NCBI GenBank assembly: GCA_002633005.1
Contig: NMRA01000650.1
Span: 20,850 to 84,849 of the forward strand
Origin: Phoronis australis
Taxonomy: Eukaryota > Animalia > Phoronida
Length of the DNA stretch: 64,000 nt
Direction of reading: 5' to 3'
Under the pieces are notes generated by a model. It did not search any database, was not told the DNA's origin, and saw nothing but the letters and a program-made list of their open reading frames with translations. Made by a program: the position numbers and the translations under genes. This document shows positions 53,601-63,839 of the stretch, one piece after another (position 1 is the stretch's first letter; each line of letters begins with the position of its first letter).

Positions 53601-56600
53601 TACCACTAAAATAGACTAAGCTGCAGAGATACTCACTTTAAGGTTGTAGTGGCGCCGTGTTGTCAAGGAAAGCTTATGTCCGTGAAAATAAATACTGGGA
53701 ACGCGGTGCTCACCGCGTGAATTCCAACCGTAAACCAATGAGTCGAGCTCTGGCATATTTCACATAATCTCTACCTGTTCTCTGATTTTCTTGTTCCAGT
53801 GTTGTCCCCCTCTTGCTAATGTCTGGATTGTAGGTTCTCATTTATTCCGTTTTGATTTGAAAAATATTCTTAACTCCTCAGGTATTTCCCCTCTGCGTGT
53901 GTGCTAACTTCAACAAAGTTTTTGGGGCAATAAATCTTCCAGATGATATCACTCAATCGGTGGTCACGCCCTCATTGCTTATTTTTGAATGGTGAATATC
54001 AACCATGACCCTTTTGTCGCTCTGACTTCACACCTATGTTGGCGCCCCTAATAGAGGTCATTAAAATTCGCGAAACGGCGAGTTAACGGAGTTATCATCC
54101 ATTTTTGGGACATTATGTTTCTACAAAAAACAATGACTCAACATCCTAAAGTACAAATCGGTTCGTCTGTCAGGATCTATTCCCACTAGACTTTCCACAG
54201 AGGAGTGTTGTACAATTCTATGTACATCCCTTTTTTTTCAAACTGGTCCATGGACTATTGTGATGAGCAACTTGTTCACTGTCAGCCTCAGAAACACAGG
54301 AGACAAAGAGGTCACGTGCAACTGTGGGTTCATTCCACCAAGCTTTAGGTGCTGCTGCTGGTGAGGCCGAAAGCAATGAAATGCCTATCGACAGTATTTG
54401 CTGTATTTGTGTTTAAAAACCCAGGTCGTGTCAGCGATAAAAGAATGCCAACAGGAACTGTAACAAATTCGAAACGAATACACGCCATGATTAATACTTA
54501 TATGAAAGGCGGTATGGATTGAAGAGGGCGAAAGGCCTAAAAATACTTTTGTGGACTTTAAAAAGCACCTCTGATGATTACTTACCTAATTCATAATAAA
54601 AATGAAAAACATTCCCTCAACTATCATCGATACGTGGTGTTGCCTAAAGGCAATAAATCAAGGACATTCTTAAAATATTAGAGAAATTTCTTATTAAATA
54701 TTAGTAAAAAGCTTTTGTCAGCTTCTAATGCTGAAAGGATGAAGTCTGTTCTGAATATCTGATTCATGGTAATCAGAAGGTGTTGCTAAGAGACAGATAT
54801 GATGGGGATATACAATGGTATTTATGATATTATGCATGGTGCAGAAGACATTGATGATCTTCTTATGATGGGTAGAGTTCAGTAACGCTAGAACCTCGCT
54901 AAAAGAGCAACACTTCGGGAGATTGCGTGAGATACTGCCGTGTATTTAAAATTGAGAACACGTCAGTGTGGATAGATTTAGCGAGGTTCTCAAGTACATG
55001 TAGGTAATAGGGTTGCTGTATGCGAGACTTCATGTCTTCTGCAAACCTTAATACTCATGTAAAGTATTGTGGCAATAAATTGCGGCAAACCCCGATGTAA
55101 GTAATTTAATCTAGTATTTTTGGAATTGTTAGATCCTATGTCAAAATGCCTGGGCTCAATGCCCTTACATTTTTAACTAAGCCGTAGAGGAACTACCAAG
55201 TGACAAGCACAATCATATAGCACCAACAAAAGGACTGCTTTGAAGCTAAGGAAATAACTATGCAGTGTTTTGGATGACTATTTTCCGTGATTTGGAAATA
55301 TACGGTTTAATGAAAAATATACAAGGTATTTGGTGGCGACAAGTGTTGTCTTGTTGTGGGCTGTTTGATTTATTTCCTGGTGACAATAATGATTGTTTTA
55401 ATTGCAACTGTTCAACTTGTTCCGATAAAACTTCATGTTGACAATTGAAAGAGACTCTTTTTACCTCCTGTACCTCACAGACAGGCGTTTATGCATGACA
55501 TTTGTTTAAGTCAGTGCTTGTCCACGAGTGTACGGGTGTATGGATTGCGGCTATGCTTTTACGACTGCTTACCTTTGACCATTGGAGCAATCGATGAGAT
55601 TAGATATTTGTCTATTATCTTCGCGACTTCTGTCTTTATCTTAACTTCCATTTAAGGAAGTTCTAGTATACACGTACCTAAGTCTATGCTAGTCATTTAA
55701 TCGAAGCTTTCCAGTCAGGTACTGGAGATGGAGCAGATCGTGAAATTTGTTTATCACTATTCCATCGTAGTTTCGTGAATGTACGCCGAAACAAAACATC
55801 GCAGGGCCTAGGTTCAGTTCCATAAAACATCAAATTCAATAAAGAACTTTTTGTAATGGTGTAAAAGGATTTCCGCTCTGAAAAAACGCCAAACATTTGA
55901 CTCAAGTTACAGAAAGCGAGATCAAGTTTTTGTTCTGTTTCATGCAACGTGGCCCTGTGCATCCTTGACTAACTACTAAAGACCCTCATATACATAAACC
56001 TGTTAACACGGACGTTTTTAATGTGATTCAAGTTGTTGACTGCACCTGGCGACCTCATTTCTTTGTGATTTAATGACACGTATGTTGAAATTATTAAATA
56101 ATATCCAATTTAAAAAGCCTTACAGACGTTAAAATATTTGGACAATTTGATCACCCTTGGCGTGATGCATCTCGTAGTGTTTAATCAATGCTGATATCAA
56201 CCCAGGATTGCTTAATTTTTATATAATAAAAAGTAACGAATCATTACTAAAATCTATTGTATTGCAGCATCGAGGCTTTCAAATCTTAATTTCTCGTTTG
56301 TTCAGTTCTTTGAAGTTGAAACGTGCTATTTTATTGTATTTAAAATGAATAAATTTTAATGCAAACCAGTTTGGACCTACTTGATGATTATTATGACGGT
56401 CAATACAATATTAAGCGGACGTAATAAAGTAATTTATCAACGAGTTTAATTTAGAAATTGTCAGTCACCTGGCAAAGCATATAGGTGTAAACTCATGAAT
56501 AGTAATTTTGAGATTTTCGCAAGGTCTTGTGTTGGTCAGATTAATAGATTTATCTCAAAGATATGCTACTGCACTCGTAACTATTTCTGTGCGTTGAATT

Positions 56601-59600
56601 TCCTTTCGTTTTAGGAACACTTGTTCAGACTGGAATCTGATGCACCGCCAACTGGTAAGGAGGATTGAGGTTTCATAGCGTGAATCTGACTCACATCCGC
56701 GACCTATACTTGGAATACCTTCTGTAGACCTATTTTCTCTCGAAAAAAACAAGATATCTCAACCCTTCGCGCATTCATGCTACTCAAATGCAAATGTTTC
56801 AGAAGTCTGGCCTACTGTAGAACTGTTCCGATCACTGAACAAACTACTTTGTTGGTGAGATTGGATTGTTAAAATATGAGATTGAATTCATTGTTTTTGT
56901 ACAATAAGCTGAGGAGAGAATGTCCTGCGATCCCCCGAAATCAATCCGGAGTCGTTCTGAAGATCGCAAGCTATTATTCTGTCCTCACGGCGCACGCCGA
57001 AACATCTGAACCAATGGAATAGAAACTGCGAACTCAGTACCTTCAGGGAAGATTTTAATCCCACCAATTTGGTCAAATTCGCTATTATGTCCAAAAAACA
57101 AAGCGCAATTTCTGAGCTACAAATGGTTCAGCGTGTTTGGATACCCTAGCTTTCACAGGATACTTTTCCTAAACAACAAGCAATATGCAGCGCCACCAAA
57201 GGGTGCAAATAGGGAATTTTACCGGGATATACTTGTTAACTTCCAAGCATACACGCAAAACACTTGCACCTTTGCATCTCGTGCTTTTTTCGCTTTGCAT
57301 GCTCTTGGTATGAGCTTGCTTGTTTCACTTGGGACCTCATGTCCAGAGCGCCTTCCTGGTCAGCCTGCCTGTGTTGCTCAGACAAAGACATAGTAAAACA
57401 TTAAGATAATGAAACAGTTTTTAAGATATTGCCATACATTATACGCGAAACACGTGACCACATTAGCATTGCATCGTTTTATATGTTATTACCGCCAAAT
57501 CCCACGGTAGTGTTGTCAGCATACTCTAACAATCCACCCAAGTCGCGACTGCCAGCTCATGTGGCTATGTAATACACATGAACATATTGTTGTATGGCTG
57601 AAATATTCATAAGTGGTTATCAACGTCTTGTATTTTTAAATGTTATCTTTGCAAACAACAACGTACAGCCTGTACCATGAAAAATCTCACCATAAGCGAC
57701 AGGGCTCCGAGTTCATAGTACTCGAAGTATTGTGTAGTGGCGACTTTTCAATGACCAAATATAAACATGCCATAGACGTACATGTAATTGCGTAAGACGC
57801 CAAGGTAAAGTTGGACATTTGTTTGGAGTACTGCTTGACCTTAAAGGTGCGTGGGAACGAAAAACTTGTAAAAACTACATTTCAAAGATTGCAGAAAATA
57901 TACCTCATGGGATGATAATGTGAGAGTTGTTCATCTTTAATATTGCAAGCGGATATATGGCATGCACTAAAGGAGTTGGAATGTCTACGGCTTAAAATTT
58001 CCGTCCTTACATCTGTGTTTATATCAAGAGTCGAACGTCACATAAAAGGGCAATTTGGGATACTGGGTGCTCTGATGGGAGAGCTGTCAAAAATAAAGCA
58101 CGCGTGCCCGTTTCTGAAATCTAGGTGAGGAACTCATTGTTTTGAGTTGATCAGAAATTGTCTTTGTTGAGAAATCAACATACGTGTACATGTATGTTTT
58201 ATCGATTAACAATACTAAATGAAAACAGCGCCAGTGTACGTTTCCTGTCATTAGTGGACTTCAAAGGCGAGCGGTCGGTACCCGCGGAAATTTATAGTAG
58301 GATGCCTCCGTATTTTGGTCACAGTTTCACAAGTCGGTTTCCTTTAGTTGATTACTATAGTGGGTCCATTATCTAAAATTTGCCGTCTTTTGCGAATAGT
58401 CAGGGGACTTTTTGTTATTTAGAAGCGTCTTCGGAGACGCGTGTCCTACCTGTAAATTAGCATCAAAATATACCTTTGCTTTAAAACGAAGGGCTTTGTT
58501 GTTCATTTGCAAATTATGAATCGTTGTCCCAATAGAGGCGTGGTAGAACTGCAGTGCCTGTCCCTCAATATTCCTTAAGTTCACCCACAACCAGCTAGAT
58601 GTGATACCTTGAAGTACAAAGAAAGTTTCACAGTTGTTACAAAGGATAGTGCATGATGAAACAGGTTTTTTGTTGCATTTATTGTCATACGTTTGTGTTT
58701 ATTGTAAACTGTTGTTATCTCTGTCCTCTTGTCCAGATTAGAACTAAGAATAGAAATGAAAGATAAATTTCCATTTATAATTTTCAGTGGATGTCTAAGT
58801 TGCACGAATCAGGTTAACTATTCTGGTATCGGAGATGTAGAAAATGTAGTGAACAGTTTTAAAAACTGCACATAAGTTCGTTATGGCTTGATACAAGTAC
58901 ATATCAGTGTGTCCGCTCTTTTGGATACTTTGCAAAGTCAACAATACTCACACTGCATTGATTTGTAATGGTGCTAATGTTTAGTATCGTGAGATCAGTA
59001 GAACCACCCTGTATCGTCAAATTAATAGGATCACCCTGTACCGTGAGATCAGTAGGACCACCCTTCATCGGTAGATAAGTAGGACCATCCTGTAACTTGA
59101 GATCGTTAGGACCACCCTGCGAACTAAACGCACAGCAAGTTTTCAAGAATTTTCAAGCTGGTCTTTTGAATCAAACGGCAAGTACAGGAACTACTGTAGG
59201 CAGTGCAGCGCCCCTTGATGAATGTCTAAGAATTCCCGATGTTCTTCGTACCAATACATGTAATTGTCATTTCTATCCCTATAGCAACCATCGATGGAAC
59301 AGCCGGTGGAGTTATGCGGTACAAAGGGGTTCAAATTAGAGTACCGCCCAACGCAATATTCGGGGACATAAACATTGAGTTTGTAGATCAGTCGTTGTCA
59401 GCACGAGAAGTGAATGACAAAACTAAAGGCAGAGCTATCCTCCATTGTCAGGTAATATGTGTGGCCAGCACAGATGAAGATGCAACATTCTCAGAGCCTG
59501 TCGAAATTCGAGTACCTGTTAAAACAATGTTTGAAAAGGTGAATGATCAGCGAAGAGACAGCGAAAACTTTCGCATATTGCATGAACAAGATGGTGAAGT

Positions 59601-62600
59601 GACAGACATTACTGAAGATTGCAATGTCAGGCTGGACAAGATGGAAATAATATTCTACTCTAAAACATGTTTAATGGTTAATATTGCTTGGCTGGCAGAT
59701 TTCACATCACGTTTCGCTACTGGCGTGTTTACGACCATCAAAAATATACTCGAAGCGTCATACATGTGCAAGATATGTCCCTATATACATGTAAAAGATA
59801 GACAAGATGGAGTGTTGATAGTTCAATTATTTTGTCATGGCGTGGACGTGGAGCGTACTGATGACATTGAGCACGAGTGTACAAGTTACAAAATACGTTT
59901 GATAAATAGTGCAATGTTGTCATTTGGAGTTGATTGCTGGTCCATTAAAGATGACGAAAAGAAACAAATTTACTCCAGAGGGTTTAAACTTGAAAGGGAT
60001 CATTGTGACAGGACATGTACAGTGTTTTCGATGATAAGAACTGGTGTTAGAGCACTTGTAGCTGACGAGGTTCAACTGTATGTGAAGGAACTAGTCTACA
60101 AGGAAACGCTGATGGACAGGTCTGTGAAGGTTCATGTAAGTATTTATTCATCTTGATTGTCTTTGTGTGTGGGACTAGAGGTTACTTGTATTGTGGTGAA
60201 GTATGAATCTAGAGTCCTCGTTTTTGTTACAACGGATGGAAGGACTTGAATTGACAATGGCAAAAATGATAAAATAACCATTCATCTAACCATACTCCCT
60301 GACCAAACTCAAACAGCCGATTTCATAAAGGTGGTTTAAAGTTAAACCAGGTTTAAACTGGACTTAGACCAAGTTTAATGATAATCTGCATTTCATAAAG
60401 GTGGTTTAACTTTTAGACCAGTGGTCTTGTAAAACCTGGTTTAACTCCAGTTTAGACCTGGTCTAAGTCAGTTTTCATTTCACCAACGATGTCTATATTC
60501 TTTAGACCTGTATTAAGATCTTAAACCATGTTTAACTTTAGACTTGGTCAGACCCAGGTTTAACTGTTAAATATGTCAGACTTGCATGGTATAGGTACAA
60601 CTGAATGATGGCGCGGTGTGCAATTGCGACGCAGTTTTAGAGCGAAAATGGACTATTTTCATTATTCAGGTTTACTACGACACGAGACCAAACGTAGCAG
60701 GGGCGGATCCAGGATTTTTAAAGGAGAGGGGACGGTCAAGGACTTTTTGAAAGGGGGGACCAAGTCAACAATTTGAAAATTATAGATTTTATATCATTAA
60801 AATCAAGGAAAAGGGGGGCTCCTGACCCCTTGACCCCCCTGGATCCGCCTATGCGTAGACCAGTACGTGCTGGAGTGTGTCCTGCGGATTCCTCAGCATA
60901 CGACTGGTCGAGCAGGTCTCATCGTCGCAAGCCCTACGGATTTGACTTAAGACCGCATCCTTTGATTCTTCTGACTGAGTTCCACCTCCACTGTTCTCCG
61001 ATTCAACTTGTTGCCGGGAAGGGGTCTTGCACCCCCCCCCCTTTGGCCGCGAAAAATAAATACTAAAATGACACGGAAATAAATTTGGGCATTTATCATG
61101 TTACATCTAATCGTGAGCATGTTCTTTAATGTGGGTGTGTTGGGCACACAAATTACATTTTTCCTCATGAGAAAAGCTTTTAGACCTTTGTCGTAAATGT
61201 CTGCACTGATTCTACTGGTGCATGCCATTCTATACCCACGTGATCAAGGTTTCATTGAAGCACTTCAATAGTTTCTTTGTTGGGTTTACCCAGCTCGACA
61301 CAGTGGGGTGCCTTTGATACTTTAAACCTGGTTCTACTGAACCAGCTCCCTGGTCTAGCAAAACCAGGCTTTCAGACTCTTAAACCATGTTGGTGAAATG
61401 CAAGTTAGGTCTAATATTAGACCAGCTTTAGGAAGACCAGGTTTAAGTCTTAAACCTAGTTTTGTTAAACCACCTTTATGAAATCGGCTGAAAGTGTTTG
61501 ATCCGCTGGGACTTGCTAATATGAATGGGATATTTTTGAAGATTTATTTCATCTTAAATGCAAAGCAATGCATGCGACACGTTTGAGATGGTAATGCGTC
61601 TTTGGAATTAAGGACTTTTTATACAATAGACTGAAATTATGGTAGTGTTATGTAATCAGACGAATTAAAAGAGAACATGTTTTCTTAGGACATTACAACG
61701 GCGTGCAAATTGTGCCATGTTTAATGTGTTTTGAGTGGAGGAGGAATCGTTGTACTTACAATAGATTTCTGTCTATGCAGGGCAGACTTGTATGGCCATA
61801 AATATTGTGGGGCAGAAATAAATTCCACTTTGGGAGAGTGGTTTACCTCTGTCTAAGTGGTTCGGAATTTCAAACTATCATCGCCTCTTTTTTGCACCAT
61901 GGTGATTGCCGATTTTTAATCGCTCAAATGCGTGGGGATTTTAGTGGTTGGGCCGAAGGGTGGGGTATAAATACCTGAAATGCAATCACCAAAAACTTGC
62001 GTGCACGTTTCATCAAACATTGCTGGGAAATTGCAACTGCAAGTCGCGTACCCGTCACCCGTGTTACACCTCTATGATTCAGTTAAACTTGACACTTAAT
62101 GAGTTTTTTAAGACATTCACTTCTTTGGGGTGGCAAAAATGAAGTGACCAAGTCACTATATCAAAGTGACCCAGCAAACGCTGTCACGGCAGACAATTCA
62201 GTAGAAAAAACAACTTGAAAAGTAACAATATTTAATGAAGCTTCCAACATTAAACATTTACATACAAACGTTAATAAGTATCATGACTGGCTTGACCATT
62301 CTCCATGTGACACCCAAACTAACATTACTGAGATAGAGTTCATCTTATCAAATCACAAAGCTCGTGCATGGTGCATTTATAGCCAGATCCTTTCTTTCAT
62401 CATCCGACTTTGAGCACCATCTTCTGGTGGTCCCCAATTTGTCCGTTGGATGTTACAACATTCAATGTCGGCACAATCAATTTGTTGTTTTTTCTAGTTT
62501 TAATGGCATTGCTAGATACTACCTGTAGATGTATGTCAAATGCGTGTATGTAACGTGCCGTAACGTGTTTAACCAAGCCGTAGATTGGTTGCCTAGAGAC

Positions 62601-63839
62601 GAGCACAATCGACTATCATTCAAGTTGACCAACATGTAATGTAACAAAGGAAATACATTTTAAGCTGAACTGTTTAACTCGTTTCAAAAAATGATCTTGA
62701 CATATCAGTAGATAATTGTTACCTCCTTCATAAGATTTTATGCTTTGTGTTTGTTAATATGGGTGCATGTGCAAGGTTGTGCTTGTGTCTCGGTGTGTCC
62801 GTGTACTGTACGTGTAAACATCTCTCGTATACGGATTGCAGCAATGTTTTAACTACTACTTGTTTCTGATCATTGGAGTAATCTATAAGATTTGAGATTT
62901 TGTTAACTTCACGACTTCTGTCTTCATTTTGACTTTCATCTAAGGAACTGTCTATAATGTACAGATCTTATTTTATACTAGTAATATGGACATGCATTCT
63001 AAACTTTTGAGTTAACTACTTGAGATGGAACGGATCGTAGTATCATAAGCCCACTATTACATGGTAGTTTCCACGATGCACGCAGAAAACATATCCTGCA
63101 GCTTAGTGTCTGTTGCATAAAGGATTTAAGTCATTCAAGTACTTAATGCATTAGTTTTAAAGTGTTTTCCACTCTGAAAAAAACGCCAAGCATTTGGCCC
63201 AGGTTGCAGAAAACGGGACCAAGGGCGCTATCCCGTCTTGACAGTGTCCTGATGAAACCAGTCTCATTGTACCTTTGGCTTGGAACCAACGTCACACATG
63301 AACGTAGACGTGTTAACAATGACGTTTTTACCCTGATTCAAGTTTTTAACAGGAAATTGCGATCTCATTTTTAATTGTAAAATACAAATAAAATGTAACT
63401 AAAAAACCCAAACCGACTCCGAATTCGTTGGACAATTTGGTTCAGCCATGGCGCGATGTATGTCGTATTGTTAAATCTATACTGATAACAACTTAGGGAT
63501 CTTTTCATGTTTACATATTATAAAAAATATAACATCACTGAAGTCTATTGCGTTGCAGCACCGAAGCATTAAACGTCTAAGTTCTTTGTTGTACAGTTCT
63601 CCGAATCTTGAAAAATGCTACTTTGTTGTACTTAAAATGAATGAGTTTGAGGCAGTCTTGACCTACCTGTTGTTATTATATTTGTAAATGCAGAATGTAA
63701 TTAACTGGTAATTTTGAGATCTTCGCCAGGTTTTGTGTTGCTCAAGTTAATAAACTTTCCATGAAGAAATGTCAATGTACTAGTAATTATTTCTGTGTTT
63801 TGAATTTTGTTTCGTTTCAGGAAGAGTCGAATACAACAG
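11312..63839 (+). CDS. Multi-exon ankyrin-repeat + ZU5(/UPA-like) domain protein gene, 3' incomplete; join(11312..11383,19764..19853,31674..31769,32321..32419,32790..32888,33248..33349,34854..34955,42141..42239,53112..53195,56615..56654,59285..60135,63821..63839)
   Basis: All exons have AG/GT boundaries and compatible phases (nine phase-0 introns, then 1, then 0). They join into one stop-free frame of ~584 aa with TPLH/ALH ankyrin motifs followed by a ZU5-like GG..GVQIRVPPNAI motif. Confidence 0.8.
11828..12033. repeat. ~50-bp minisatellite, ~4 copies
   Basis: Unit aatatctacactatactaaagttatccactgttatcctgttactgactag. Confidence 0.9.
12641..12810. repeat. 41-bp minisatellite, ~4 copies
   Basis: Unit aaacctctgcacgctactatgtagacgcactggacatcacc. 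Confidence 0.9.
14460..14635. repeat. 42-bp minisatellite, ~4 copies
   Basis: Unit cacgttgaattgtatatgcaatgcgatgtaaccctgccaata. Confidence 0.85.
14726..17889 (-). mobile_element. Academ-like DNA transposon, non-autonomous/decayed (3164 bp)
   Basis: Termini TAGTCGGTGGGCCA...TGGCCCACCGACTA, imperfect TIR extending >150 bp, 3-bp TSD TAC on both sides (14723-25, 17890-92), and a Cys8-type finger CKCKKNMC...CCNAGSNCTEMCSCDNCSN on the - strand (15460..15729). Confidence 0.8.
19764..19853 (+). CDS. Ankyrin N-cap exon, VIKAVEDGDSAPLQKLIKNKWNLNQPLRRD
   Basis: Acceptor ttattttcag, donor GAT|GTAAGT; AVEDGD...L.KLI fits a degenerate first ankyrin repeat and leads into D-GRRALH of the next exon. Confidence 0.75.
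20507..21143. mobile_element. MITE with ~26-bp TIRs and TA TSD (Tc1/mariner-type termini)
   Basis: ta|CAGTGCAGCCACTGATATATTAGACT ... AGTCTAAAAATTCAGTGGCTGTACTG|ta; many internal GCGTGAG/CCGGAG motifs. Confidence 0.85.
24620..28260. repeat. Old inverted repeat pair, arms ~24620-25620 and ~27630-28260
   Basis: Collinear reverse-complement matches, e.g. gaattattggaaatgtcgctgttttgtgac (~25447) vs gtcacaaaacagcgacgtttccaataattc (~27786), and gcttgccagagctgttggcg (~24634) vs cgccaatagctttggcaagc (~28196). Confidence 0.75.
28549..28898. other. Assembly gap (350 N)
   Basis: Run of N. Confidence 1.
29385..30625. mobile_element. MITE/foldback element with ~200-bp imperfect TIRs
   Basis: 29410-29590 is the reverse complement of 30425-30600 (cgtgtacacgcgatcaattgatacatttgcct / aggcgaatgtatcaatttatcgcgtgtacacg); an internal segment at ~30140 recurs at ~26512. 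Confidence 0.8.
31674..31769 (+). CDS. Ankyrin repeat exon, GRRALHLAAGKGRTEVVRVLLQGRADVDVQDE
   Basis: Acceptor tgtttctgcag, donor GAG|GTAATA, 96 nt, canonical ankyrin consensus. Confidence 0.9.
32321..32419 (+). CDS. Ankyrin cassette exon A, VCWTPLYWAAVEGQTDTVKLLLANKASVDVRDV
   Basis: 99 nt, acceptor acaAAG (weaker than the TAG of its sister copies), donor GTAAGT. Confidence 0.8.
32790..32888 (+). CDS. Ankyrin cassette exon B, GGQTPLYRAAGRGYTQTVEVLLAHKASVDVRDK
   Basis: 99 nt, acceptor acaTAG, donor AAG|GTAAGT. Confidence 0.9.
33248..33349 (+). CDS. Ankyrin cassette exon C, EWGRTPLHWAAQRGYTDIVKAMLANKASVDVRDK
   Basis: 102 nt (99 nt if the second AG of TAGGAG is used), donor AAG|GTAAAT. Confidence 0.9.
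34854..34955 (+). CDS. Ankyrin repeat exon, SGNTPLHVASEGGHTEVVELLCRESGSDVNTVNK
   Basis: Acceptor tttactgtag, donor AAG|GTATCG, G.TPLH..S..GH.EVV.LL consensus. Confidence 0.9.
40000..40145. repeat. Dispersed repeat family member (related copies at ~14300-14455 reversed and ~54877-54995)
   Basis: Shared gttcagtaacgct..acctcgctaaaa..gcaa.acttcg.gaga.t.cgtgagat...gccgtgtattt core. Confidence 0.7.
42141..42239 (+). CDS. Ankyrin repeat exon, TGDTPLHRACEYGHLDVVKLLIEEDGDVTVVNQ
   Basis: 99 nt, acceptor tttgatgtag, donor CAG|GTAAAC, canonical consensus. Confidence 0.92.
42289..42530. repeat. 41-bp minisatellite, ~6 copies, 50 bp downstream of an ankyrin exon donor
   Basis: Unit aatagtgaacatgtcatctaactttgccataactttacctt. 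Confidence 0.95.
43767..47130 (+). repeat. Head-to-tail pair of ~1.6-1.8 kb units with shared ends and different middles
   Basis: 43767-44170 matches 45547-45920, and 44993-45543 matches 46750-47130 (direct orientation). Confidence 0.85.
47215..47427. repeat. 64-bp tandem repeat, ~3.3 copies
   Basis: caacttatg recurs at 47215, 47279, 47343 and 47407 with aactcgagt.gaaggcaatgagtacact between. Confidence 0.9.
47623..47688. repeat. (CA)n microsatellite
   Basis: Visible CA run. Confidence 0.95.
47700..50450 (-). mobile_element. Decayed L1/Tx1-clade LINE ORF2 (end of endonuclease + RT), 5'-truncated, intronic antisense
   Basis: Motifs KTPGNDGISYEFYKKFW, WRSITLLKCDYKLITK, RQDDPLS, SQYADD, IKSLGI and LWNNQNI across frameshifted ORFs; RID and WKRNNSYL remnants near 50270-50410. 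Confidence 0.92.
52570..52950. repeat. Degenerate ~50-bp tandem repeat (gtaacccagcatcaccagtgtacac...)
   Basis: Five or six aacccagc-type units. Confidence 0.8.
53112..53195 (+). CDS. Ankyrin C-cap exon, KGETAYDVCGRKSKVDESTVENIKEFLK
   Basis: Acceptor ttttgttacag, donor AAG|GTAGAA; G.TAYD...I.EFL is typical of terminal ankyrin repeats. Confidence 0.85.
56615..56654 (+). CDS. Linker micro-exon EHLFRLESDAPPT (phase 0 to 1)
   Basis: Acceptor tttcgttttag, donor G|GTAAGG; supplies exactly the phase shift needed between 53195 and 59285. Confidence 0.7.
58985..59120. repeat. 27-bp minisatellite, 5 copies (tatcgtgagatcagtaggaccaccctg)
   Basis: Visible tandem units; all three + frames contain a stop. 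Confidence 0.85.
59285..60135 (+). CDS. ZU5 domain plus downstream beta-rich (UPA-like) region exon
   Basis: Inside the 305-aa ORF 59239..60156; acceptor tccctatag (phase 1), donor CAT|GTAAGT (phase 0); motifs IDGTAGG.M.YKGVQIRVPPNAI and TFSEPVEIRVP resemble ZU5. The UPA assignment is by position only. Confidence 0.8.
60314..61490. mobile_element. MITE with 26-bp perfect TIRs, 3-bp flanking duplication AAA (PIF/Harbinger-like)
   Basis: aaa|CAGCCGATTTCATAAAGGTGGTTTAA ... TTAAACCACCTTTATGAAATCGGCTG|aaa; subterminal arrays of ttaaacc/agacc.ggt palindromes. Confidence 0.88.
60698..60853. mobile_element. 156-bp MITE nested inside the 60314-61490 element, 5-bp TSD CGTAG
   Basis: cgtag|CAGGGGCGGATCCAGG ... 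CCTGGATCCGCCTATG|cgtag. Confidence 0.88.
63821..63839 (+). CDS. Linker micro-exon EESNTT (phase 0 to 1), paralogous position to 56615..56654
   Basis: Acceptor ttcgtttcag, donor CAG|GTAAGA, embedded in intron sequence homologous to that around 56615. Confidence 0.6.

Noticed and set aside
54286-54360. Candidate 75-nt exon (SETQETKRSRATVGSFHQALGAAA)
   Set aside because: The phase-0 reading hits a TAG; the plausible phase 1-1 reading is incompatible with the upstream phase-0 donor at 53195 unless an unseen micro-exon exists
58904-59146. - strand ORF with QGGPTDLT repeats
   Set aside because: Translation of a 27-bp minisatellite; no supporting gene structure
59239-60156. Treating the 305-aa ORF as a standalone single-exon gene
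   Set aside because: Its first 15 codons are a pyrimidine-rich acceptor region and it ends just past a perfect GTAAGT donor, so it is better read as an internal exon
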